NCBI GenBank assembly: GCA_964470215.1
Contig: CAYYCI010000001.1
Span: 1-32,592, forward strand
Origin: an uncultured Planctomycetota bacterium
GTDB taxonomy: Bacteria > Planctomycetota > PUPC01 > DSUN01
DNA: 32,592 nucleotides
Direction: 5' to 3'
Both the position numbers and the translations under genes were made by a program. Shown one piece after another: positions 25,670-32,592 of the stretch (position 1 is the first letter of the stretch; every line of letters starts with the position of its first letter). The notes beneath the pieces are model-generated. The model worked only from the letters and a program-made list of their open reading frames with translations, had not been told where the DNA came from and did no database searches.

Positions 25670-26803
25670 TCACCTCCCCTCGGAGAGTCGCGCGTCGAGG
25701 CAATAGAGGAAGCCGTCCTCGGCGCCGACGAGCACTCGGCCGCCGACAACCGCAGGAGACGACGGGATGGCGGCTCCGATCTCGAAGGCGGCCACGGGTC
25801 GGCCATCGGCGAGCCGGACGAGGTAGAGGCGGCCGTCGTCGCTGCCGACGACCACCTTGTCGCGGCAGATCACGGGAGAGGAGTCCACGGCGCCTTTCGC
25901 GCGAAAGACCCAGAGCCTGGCGCCGTCGGCCCTTCGAACGCAATGGAGTTTCTTCTCGCGCGAGCCGACGACCACCCGGTCGGGCCCGACGGCCGGCGAG
26001 GAGAAGAACTGGGCGCCCTTGTAGCGCCAAACCACCTTGCCCGAGGAAATGTCCACACACAAGAGGTCGCCCTCGAAGTTCCCAACGAAGGCTCTCCCGT
26101 CCGCGATGGCGACCGAGCCGGGGACGTAGGAGCCGGTGTCGATGGCGAGGAGTTGACGGCCGTCGCGTGCCGAGACGACCCTCAGGAAGGCATCGCAGCC
26201 GCCGAAGGCTATCTTGTCGCCCGCAATGGCGGGGGCGCCGTTGATATAGTTCTCGGTCTCGACGACCCAGCGTTTCTTGCCCGTGGCGGCGTCGAGGCAG
26301 TGGAGACGGAAGTCGTAACTGCCGACGACCACCCGCAGGCGGCCATCGTTGGAGAAGTAGTTCGCGGAGGCCAGGATTTGCGCTTCGGTCGGGTATTTCC
26401 ACCTGAGCCTGCCGCTCTGGGCGTCGAGGCAAAAGAACGCGCCGTCGGCGGAGCCCACGTAGATGGCCGAGCCAACAACCAGCGGCGGGGCCTCGACCGC
26501 GTCGTCGGTCTTGAATGCCCAGAGTTTCTTACCGCTGGCCAGGTCGAGGGCGTAGAGGTGGCCGTCGCAGGAGCCGACGAAGACCCGCCCATCGGCAACC
26601 ACGGGCGACGACTTGACGACGTCCCCCGTCTTGAATCGCCACAGGAGTTTGAGTGAGGACCCCAACTGGCAGTCGGCGATGCCCCTGAGGGCTGGCGAGC
26701 CGCGGAAACACGGCCATTCGCTCTCGCCGGCGCCGCCCAGTGCGAAATCGCAGGCCAGCGACAGAAGCGGGAGAATCGAGAGGAGACGGGTCATGATTCC
26801 CAC
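25670..26803 (-). CDS. Secreted PQQ-like (BamB-like) beta-propeller repeat protein
   Basis: Signal peptide MTRLLSILPLLSLA, WPCFRGSPALRG, and regular blades (GRVFVGS.DGHLYALD..GKKLW repeated about 8 times). Start is GTG 26803 or ATG 26794. Confidence 0.85.
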   Translation of the reverse strand: MGIMTRLLSILPLLSLACDFALGGAGESEWPCFRGSPALRGIADCQLGSSLKLLWRFKTGDVVKSSPVVADGRVFVGSCDGHLYALDLASGKKLWAFKTDDAVEAPPLVVGSAIYVGSADGAFFCLDAQSGRLRWKYPTEAQILASANYFSNDGRLRVVVGSYDFRLHCLDAATGKKRWVVETENYINGAPAIAGDKIAFGGCDAFLRVVSARDGRQLLAIDTGSYVPGSVAIADGRAFVGNFEGDLLCVDISSGKVVWRYKGAQFFSSPAVGPDRVVVGSREKKLHCVRRADGARLWVFRAKGAVDSSPVICRDKVVVGSDDGRLYLVRLADGRPVAAFEIGAAIPSSPAVVGGRVLVGAEDGFLYCLDARLSEGR

Positions 26804-26823
26804 CAGGGTTGACTTCGACTAGC

Positions 26824-26852
26824 ATGCTAACAATCCGAGCGCCTCCGTTCAA
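26824..26852 (-). promoter_or_regulatory. Possible sigma70 promoter of the long minus-strand cluster (TTGAAC-17 nt-TAGCAT)
   Basis: On the minus strand, -35 TTGAAC (26852-26847), 17-nt spacer, -10 TAGCAT (26829-24). The -10 lies inside the perfect 10-bp palindrome TAGCATGCTA (26820-26829). Confidence 0.3.
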
Positions 26853-26968
26853 GCGACGACGGCAGCGATTCCCGATTGCGGGTTCAATTCTCCTCCTTGT
26901 GTCTTGGAAGGGGGACGGGCTCGAGAGTCTGAGACTGTCAAGGAGGCCAGGGGTCAGGGTGGGCGAAG

Positions 26969-27186
26969 GCCGTGGCGGGATGGGCTTTGGCACGCTTTTG
27001 TGCACCGTGGGTTTCCAATGCAGGCGGGAAGGAAAAGAATGGCTTGCCAAGAGAGCGCCAGGCGCTCAGCCCGTGGCGTTTCGCGACGGCGAGTTGGAGT
27101 TGGCTGCCCGCCGCGGCATTCTTTTCCTTCTCGCCTGCCAACTCACTGCGGTGCAAAAAGCGTGCCAAAGCCCATCCCGCCACGGC
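26969..27186. repeat. Palindromic ~218-bp repeat element, copy B (inverted arms 26982-27041 and 27117-27173, extended by GCCGTGGCGGGAT on both sides)
   Basis: Arms are nearly identical to those of copy A (54/57 and 58/60), with the arm variants swapped left and right. The central 75 nt shares its ends with the copy A centre. It lies between divergent genes. Confidence 0.8.
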
Positions 27187-27295
27187 GCACTACCACTCGA
27201 GGCACGCCCAGCGACGGCCGGCCACTTCGACAGGGCCGGTTCCACGACGCGGATTGAGAGACGACAGGTGGCGGCGCCGCGGCGACTAATCGCTT

Positions 27296-27325
27296 TTGCC
27301 AACGAGCGGCGGGCAAGCCTATAAT
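27296..27325 (+). promoter_or_regulatory. Sigma70 promoter (TTGCCA-18 nt-TATAAT) for putA
   Basis: -35 TTGCCA at 27296-27301 and perfect TATAAT at 27320-27325. GGAAGGAGGTG SD and ATG 27353 follow. Confidence 0.5.
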
Positions 27326-27352
27326 CTGGGCACATCCCGGAAGGAGGTGCAG

Positions 27353-30325
27353 ATGGAGCCGCTGGCCGTGCCGCAACTCGAAAAGCAGATTATCGAGCGT
27401 GGCAGAGGGCTCTTCGATCTGATGGGCGAGGAGGCCCCCTCGGTCTTCAACACCGGCTGGTGGGTCGGCAAGGCGCTCGACTGGTGCATGCGCAACGAGG
27501 ATTTCAAGGTCCAGCTGTTCCGCTTCATTGATGTTCTTCCGTACTTGCGGAGCGCCTCGTCGCTTTCCCGACACCTCGAGGAGTATTTCGGCCGCGGCGA
27601 GGGGGTGCCGCGGATGTTGCGTTGGGGGGTGAAGGGCGCCGGGCTGGGCGGGCGCCTGACCATGCGCCTCGCCGGCGCCACGGTCCGCAAGAACCTCGAG
27701 ATGATGGCCCGCCACTTCATAGCCGGCGAAAACCCCGCCAGGGCGCTCCGCACGGTCGAGCGACTGCGCCAGGAGGGCTTCGCCGCCACCCTCGACCTGC
27801 TCGGCGAGGCCACGATCAGCGAGAAGGAGGCCGACGACTACGCGGCCCGCTACCTGGAGCTCCTCGACGCGCTCGCTGCCGCTCAAGCGGACTGGCCGGC
27901 GCTCGGCGGCGATAAACTCGACTGGGGCCACGCCCCGAGGATAGACGTCTCGCTCAAGCCCTCGGCGCTCTACTCACAGGCCGACCCGCTCGATTTCGAT
28001 GGCTCGGTGGAGGGCATCCTGGAGAGGCTGGTCCCCATATGTCGCCGGGTGGTCGAGGTCGGCGGCTCGCTGTGCATAGACATGGAGATGCGCAGCCTGA
28101 AGAACATCACCCTGGAGGTCTATCGCCGGCTCCGAAGCCAGCCGGAGTTCCGCAACTACCCTCACCTGGGCATCGCCATCCAGACCTATCTGCGCGAGAC
28201 CGCGGCCGACCTGGACGCGCTGCTCGCCTGGGCGCGCGAGGAGCGTCTGCCCCTGTCGGTCCGCCTGGTCAAGGGCGCATACTGGGACTACGAACAGGTG
28301 ATCGCCAGCCAGCGGTGCTGGCCGCCGCCGGTCTTCACCCGCAAGGCCCACACCGATGCGGCCTTCGAGCGAGCGGCCGAGAAATTGCTTCGCAACCACG
28401 ACCTGTGTCATCTGGCGTGTGCGTCCCATAACGTCCGCTCGGTCGCCGCGGTCTTCGAGATGGCGCGCGCGCTCGGGGTGCCGGAGGAGCGGCTCGAGTT
28501 CCAGGCCCTCTACGGGATGGCGGAGCCGTTCCGCAAGGCGCTCCTGAGGGCCGGCGCGAGGGTGAGGGTCTATTGCCCCGTTGGCGAACTGGTGCCCGGG
28601 ATGGCCTACCTGATCCGCCGCCTCCTCGAGAACACCTCGAACGAGTCGTTCCTGCGGCTGAGTTTCGTCGAGGGGGTCGAGCGCGACCGCCTGCTGGCGA
28701 GGCCGGAGGCGCCCAACGAGAGTTCCCCCTCGCCGCGGCGTTCGGCCGATCTCACGGCGCCTTTCGCCAACGAGCCGTTCCCCGACTGGTCGCTGGGCGA
28801 GACCCGCGCCGCCTACGCCAGGGCAATTGAGGCCGTGAGGGAAAGGCTTGGACGCGACTACCCGCTCTTGATCGGCGGCCGCGAGGTGCGAACCGCCCAG
28901 GTCGCCGACTCGCTCAACCCGGCCCGGCCGAGCGAAGTCGTCGGGCGGGTGTGTCAGGCGTCGGCAAGGGAGGCGGAGGAGGCGGTCGAGGCGGCCAGGG
29001 ACGCCTTCCCGGCCTGGCGCGACACTCCGCCCGCCGAGCGCGCACAACTCCTGCTGCGAGCCGCTGAACTGGCGCGCGAGCGGCTCTTCGATCTCTCCGC
29101 CTGGCAGACCCTCGAGGCAGGCAAGCAGTGGAACGAGGCATATCTCGACGTTGCCGAGGCCATTGACTACCTCGAGTACTACGCCCGCGAGATGGTCCGC
29201 CTGGCCACCCCGCGGCAAACCGGCAAGGCGCTCGGCGAGGTCAACCACTACTTTTACCAGCCCAGAGGCGTCGCGGCGGTTATCGCGCCGTGGAACTTCC
29301 CCCTGGCGATAAGTTGCGGGATGGCCAGCGCCGCCTTGGTCGCCGGGAACTGCGTGGTCTATAAGCCCTCGAGTCTGACCCCCGTGGTCGGCCACACCCT
29401 CTGCTCCCTTTTCCGCGATGCGGGTGTGCCAGCGGGAGTGTTCAACTACGTTCCCGGAAGCAGCCGGGAGATCGGCGACGTTCTGGTGGGCCACCCGGCC
29501 ATCGCCCTGATCGCCTTCACTGGCTCGAAGGAGGCGGGGCTGGCGATCATCGAGCGCGCCTCGCGCCTGGCCACCGGCCAGAGCCACGTCAAGAAGGTCA
29601 TCGCCGAGATGGGGGGCAAGAACGCCATCATCATTGACGACGACGCCGACCTCGACGAGGCCGTCCCCGCGGTCATCCGCTCGGCGTTCGGCTACCAGGG
29701 ACAGAAGTGCTCGGCCTGCTCGCGGGCGATTGTCCTCGACGAAATCTACGAGCGCTTCATGGAGCGGCTGGTCGAGGCGGCCCGGTCGGTGAAGATCGGC
29801 CCGGCCGAAGACCCCGCCAACTTCATGGGGCCGGTCATCTCGCAGGATGCGCGCGACCGCATACTCGGCTACCTCGAACTCGCCCGAAGCGAGGGGAGAA
29901 TCGTCTATTCCAGCCCTGTGCCCGAGGAGGGCTACTATGTGCCGCTGACGATCGTCGCGGACGTGGGGCCGGAGGCCCGGATTGCGCAGGAGGAGATTTT
30001 CGGCCCGGTGTTGGCGGTGATGCGCGCGGGCGATTTCGACGAGGCCATAGCACTGGCCAACTCGACCGACTTTGCCCTCACGGGCGCGGTTTTCAGCCGC
30101 AGCCCCGACCACCTCGAGCGCGCCCGCCGCGAGTTCCGAGTGGGCAACCTCTACCTGAATCGTGGTTGCACGGGAGCCATCGTCGGAAGACAGCCCTTCG
30201 GCGGCTTCAAACTCTCCGGGATCGGCTCGAAGGCCGGAGGGCCGGACTATCTCCTACAGTTCCTCGAACCCCGCACGGTGACCGAGAACACCATGCGCCG
30301 CGGCTTCATCCCGAGTTGGGAGTAG
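27353..30325 (+). CDS. putA: Bifunctional proline dehydrogenase / L-glutamate gamma-semialdehyde (P5C) dehydrogenase
   Basis: PRODH barrel blocks (IAIQTYLRE, VRLVKGAYWDYE, HNVRS, YGMAEP, LIRRLLENTSN). ALDH domain (FTGSKEAG, EMGGKN, catalytic GQKCSACSR, EEIFGPV). Start trimmed to ATG 27353, which has a strong SD. Confidence 0.9.
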   Translation: MEPLAVPQLEKQIIERGRGLFDLMGEEAPSVFNTGWWVGKALDWCMRNEDFKVQLFRFIDVLPYLRSASSLSRHLEEYFGRGEGVPRMLRWGVKGAGLGGRLTMRLAGATVRKNLEMMARHFIAGENPARALRTVERLRQEGFAATLDLLGEATISEKEADDYAARYLELLDALAAAQADWPALGGDKLDWGHAPRIDVSLKPSALYSQADPLDFDGSVEGILERLVPICRRVVEVGGSLCIDMEMRSLKNITLEVYRRLRSQPEFRNYPHLGIAIQTYLRETAADLDALLAWAREERLPLSVRLVKGAYWDYEQVIASQRCWPPPVFTRKAHTDAAFERAAEKLLRNHDLCHLACASHNVRSVAAVFEMARALGVPEERLEFQALYGMAEPFRKALLRAGARVRVYCPVGELVPGMAYLIRRLLENTSNESFLRLSFVEGVERDRLLARPEAPNESSPSPRRSADLTAPFANEPFPDWSLGETRAAYARAIEAVRERLGRDYPLLIGGREVRTAQVADSLNPARPSEVVGRVCQASAREAEEAVEAARDAFPAWRDTPPAERAQLLLRAAELARERLFDLSAWQTLEAGKQWNEAYLDVAEAIDYLEYYAREMVRLATPRQTGKALGEVNHYFYQPRGVAAVIAPWNFPLAISCGMASAALVAGNCVVYKPSSLTPVVGHTLCSLFRDAGVPAGVFNYVPGSSREIGDVLVGHPAIALIAFTGSKEAGLAIIERASRLATGQSHVKKVIAEMGGKNAIIIDDDADLDEAVPAVIRSAFGYQGQKCSACSRAIVLDEIYERFMERLVEAARSVKIGPAEDPANFMGPVISQDARDRILGYLELARSEGRIVYSSPVPEEGYYVPLTIVADVGPEARIAQEEIFGPVLAVMRAGDFDEAIALANSTDFALTGAVFSRSPDHLERARREFRVGNLYLNRGCTGAIVGRQPFGGFKLSGIGSKAGGPDYLLQFLEPRTVTENTMRRGFIPSWE

Positions 30326-30333
30326 ACCTGGAA

Positions 30334-30373
30334 CGCGGACGAACACGGACAGACACGGACGGACACGGAGAAG
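30334..30373. repeat. Four tandem 10-bp units (CGCGGACGAA CACGGACAGA CACGGACGGA CACGGAGAAG) in the putA-dehydrogenase spacer
   Basis: The CACGGA core recurs at exact 10-bp phase. The last unit merges into the SD (AAGGAG) of the downstream gene. Confidence 0.8.
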
Positions 30374-30383
30374 GAGTCGGGTG

Positions 30384-31397
30384 ATGCGAGGGGTGAGGCT
30401 CTTGGGATCCAGGCAGGTCGAGGTCCGGGACTATCCCGACCCCGTGCCCGAAGGCGACGAGGTGGTCGTCAGGCTCGAGGCCGCGGCAATCTGTGGCTCC
30501 GACCTCCACGGCCTCTACGAGAAGCCCGGCGAGAAGGATTTCATCCCCGGCCACGAGGGAGCGGGGGTCGTGGTTGCGGTGGACAAGCCGACCTGGGTCC
30601 GCGAGGGCGACCGCGTGTGCACGACGGCCGTGTGGCCCTGCGGGCGGTGCGACATGTGTCGCAGGGGCTACACCATCTATTGCCGCGACCGCCGGGGAAC
30701 CTATGGCTTTGGGCTAGATGGCGTCCACGCCGACTTCGTCCGCATTTCGGAGCGCTCACTCCTGCCCCTGCCCGACTCGATGACCTTCGAGCAGGGCTGC
30801 CTGGTGCTCGACCCCGTTGGCACACCTTACCACACCAGCAAGCGCATCGGCCTGAACGCCACCCACGTCGTGGGGGTTTTCGGCCTGGGGCCGATGGGGC
30901 TGGGCGCCGTGTGTATCGCCGCGCATCTGGGGGCCAGGGTGATAGGGATTGACCCGATCGCCTTCCGTCGCGACCTGGCCGAGAAACTCGGAGCCGACAT
31001 CACCCTCGACCCGAACGAGGGAGATGTGGTGACGCAGGTCCGCGAGGCCACCGGGGGCTACGGCCTCGACCGCGCGTTCGAGTGTTCGGGCAAGCCGGAG
31101 CCGCTCAGGGCCGCGCTCGACCTGGTGCGCCACTTCGGCCACGTGGCCATCATCGGCGAGAACCCCGAGGCCACCATAAGCCCCTCGGCACACTTCTGCC
31201 GCAAGGAAATCTTCCTCTCCGGCTCGACCTGCTTCCCCCTCGGGGAATTCGACGAGATCGTCCGCCTTTTCGAGGCGGGCCTGCGCTCGGCCGAGATGAT
31301 CACCCACCGCTTCCCCATCGAGCAGGCGCCGGAAGCCTACGCCACCTTCGCGAGCGGAAACAGCGGAAAAGTGATATTCGTCAGGAGCCAGTCATGA
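30384..31397 (+). CDS. Zinc-dependent medium-chain dehydrogenase/reductase (threonine/sorbitol dehydrogenase-like)
   Basis: CGSDLH, GHEGAGVV, structural-Zn Cys cluster CGRCDMCRRGYTIYC, Rossmann GVFGLGPMGLGAV. ATG 30384 lies 7 nt after AGGAG (the track start is GTG 30381). Confidence 0.85.
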   Translation: MRGVRLLGSRQVEVRDYPDPVPEGDEVVVRLEAAAICGSDLHGLYEKPGEKDFIPGHEGAGVVVAVDKPTWVREGDRVCTTAVWPCGRCDMCRRGYTIYCRDRRGTYGFGLDGVHADFVRISERSLLPLPDSMTFEQGCLVLDPVGTPYHTSKRIGLNATHVVGVFGLGPMGLGAVCIAAHLGARVIGIDPIAFRRDLAEKLGADITLDPNEGDVVTQVREATGGYGLDRAFECSGKPEPLRAALDLVRHFGHVAIIGENPEATISPSAHFCRKEIFLSGSTCFPLGEFDEIVRLFEAGLRSAEMITHRFPIEQAPEAYATFASGNSGKVIFVRSQS

Positions 31398-31594
31398 GGT
31401 GCTCCGTGGCGATTGGTTGCCGCGGCCATGTCGGTGGCTTCGGCGGCAGAGAAGGGCCGGGTGCTCGGTCGCCGCCTGGAAGCGCCACCGAGGCCCAGCC
31501 GCGCAATAGGCTACGCCCCGCGCTGCTCTCGTTTCGGGCCTTCTCGTAGACGCGCTGCCGGGCGGATAGGGGAACGGCACTGCCGTGCCCGCCC

Positions 31595-31662
31595 GACGCG
31601 GGCCGAGACGGGACGCGGGCCGAGACGGGACGCGGGCCGAGACGGGACGCGGGCCGAGACGG
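31595..31662. repeat. Perfect 17-bp x 4 tandem repeat (GACGCGGGCCGAGACGG)
   Basis: Units at 31595, 31612, 31629 and 31646 are identical. The period is not a multiple of 3, and the repeat lies in the 445-nt convergent intergenic region. Confidence 0.9.
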
Positions 31663-31842
31663 CCCGCCTACAGGCGCGCGCCTCCGGCCTGCGTGGAAGT
31701 TTGCCCGGTCCCCGGACGCGAGCGTCCGTGTCAGTCCGTCTTGGTTCACGTGCCACAGGTGGCGAGGCTGCCGTTTCAGACCCGCCAAAACGCGGCCGCT
31801 CGTGGTCGGTATTATTCTGTTCGGGGGCGGAAGGGGGACTTC

Positions 31843-32592
31843 TCAGAGGCGTTTGGTGAGGCGGACACGGTTGCCGGTGCCGAGGTACTCGAGCTGGTCG
31901 GTGCAGCGGAGCATGAGCGCGATCCCCAGGCCGCCGAGCCCTCCGCGGCTGCGGTTCAGGCGCTCTTCGGGCAGGCTCTCTTGTTGAGCGGCGCGCTCGA
32001 CCAGCGGGGCGTAGTCGAAGCCGCGTCCCTGATCGGTCACGGTGACCGAGAGTTTCTCGCGGTCGAGCAAGAAGACGAGGTCAATGTATTTCTCGGGATC
32101 GCTGTTGTTGCCGTGGCGGGCGGCATTTTCGATGGCCTCGGCGACCGCGGCGCGCACCGCCTCGAGGTCCTCGCCGTTCAGGCCGGCCTTCTCGAGGAGG
32201 TGCGAGGCCAGTTCGTTGGCCCGGGCGATGTTCTCCGGGCGGGTGCGAAACTCCAGGTGGGTCTGGTGGAGGATGATCTTTCGGCTCTCGGGGACGCGCT
32301 TGAGTTCGGCCTCGCTGAGGGTGAAGAGTTCCATCACCTCGAACGGCTCGACCAGGTAGTCGTCCTCCCAGATTTTGAATTCGCGCCGCGAATTGATGTC
32401 GGTGCCGCGCCAGTAGAGTTTTATCACAGGCACGACGCTCCGCCCCTTCTCGGTCTTGACCGCCCAGAGGAAGTCCTCCGAGCCGTGCATCGGGTCCTCG
32501 AGGATGATCAGGTCGGGGTCCACCTCGTCGAAGCGGCGAAGGCCCTCCTGGCAGTCGGTCACTATCTCGAACCGCCCATTGGGGGTGAGCAG
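31843..32592 (-). CDS. Receiver-like domain fused to an RsbW/SpoIIAB-type HATPase (anti-sigma-factor-like Ser kinase); N-terminus off the right window edge
   Basis: The frame stays open upstream of the track start (GTG 32562) to the window end (LLTPNGRFEIV...). REC-like PDLIILEDPM...VPVIKLYW...DDYLVEPF. HATPase N-box EAIENAARHG, G1 VTDQGRGFD, G2 GGLGGLGIAL. Confidence 0.7.
   Translation of the reverse strand: MLTPNGRFEIVTDCQEGLRRFDEVDPDLIILEDPMHGSEDFLWAVKTEKGRSVVPVIKLYWRGTDINSRREFKIWEDDYLVEPFEVMELFTLSEAELKRVPESRKIILHQTHLEFRTRPENIARANELASHLLEKAGLNGEDLEAVRAAVAEAIENAARHGNNSDPEKYIDLVFLLDREKLSVTVTDQGRGFDYAPLVERAAQQESLPEERLNRSRGGLGGLGIALMLRCTDQLEYLGTGNRVRLTKRL

Noticed and set aside
31595-31662. 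Possible CRISPR array
   Set aside because: The 17-bp units are directly adjacent with no spacers, and no cas genes are present. This is a simple tandem repeat.
31398-31842. Several 60-150-aa ORFs in the convergent intergenic region
   Set aside because: They traverse the 17-bp repeat, giving repetitive Arg/Pro/Ser strings, and have no SDs and no motifs. The region is treated as non-coding.

Overview
GC-rich bacterial chromosomal window (by eye roughly two-thirds G+C). The gene content (DUF1570-like peptidase, many PQQ-like beta-propellers, GH57 enzyme) suggests Planctomycetota, but that is inference only. I support 22 protein-coding genes, and most long ORFs in the six-frame track are antisense shadows of them. 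Left to right the genes are as follows. An edge-truncated HtrA-like gene that is missing from the ORF track and a GH57 branching enzyme lie on the minus strand. A plus-strand housekeeping block follows: rarA, 5-formyl-THF cyclo-ligase, hflX, a secreted HExxH peptidase and fmt. Next come a DUF1343/NamZ-like gene (minus) and a Gfo/Idh/MocA oxidoreductase (plus). A long minus-strand cluster then spans 26803 down to 11485 and encodes a PQQ-like propeller, an ABC ATPase, a 1093-aa double-FtsX permease, a PQQ-like propeller, an NHL propeller, a 66-aa Cys-rich membrane peptide, a Tat-exported polyferredoxin, a NapH-like membrane polyferredoxin, a third PQQ-like propeller, a NuoE-NuoF-ferredoxin fusion and a 2Fe-2S/GltD-like flavoprotein. 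The window ends with putA and a Zn-dependent dehydrogenase (plus) and an edge-truncated receiver-RsbW-like kinase (minus). The most interesting candidate system is the translationally coupled eight-gene core of that cluster (21638 to 11485). It pairs a cytoplasmic NADH-flavoprotein module with a NapGH-like transmembrane iron-sulfur relay and three membrane-anchored extracytoplasmic beta-propellers; I saw no heme motifs and no recognisable terminal catalytic subunit. Non-coding features worth attention are a near-consensus promoter followed by a ~190-nt rod-like RNA upstream of rarA, and a ~215-bp palindromic repeat element present twice, both times in a divergent promoter region. The arms of that element contain a perfect sigma54 -24/-12 match followed by SD+ATG. 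There are also three perfect or near-perfect tandem repeats (19 bp x2, 10 bp x4, 17 bp x4). I found no tRNA, rRNA, CRISPR array, transposase or integrase.
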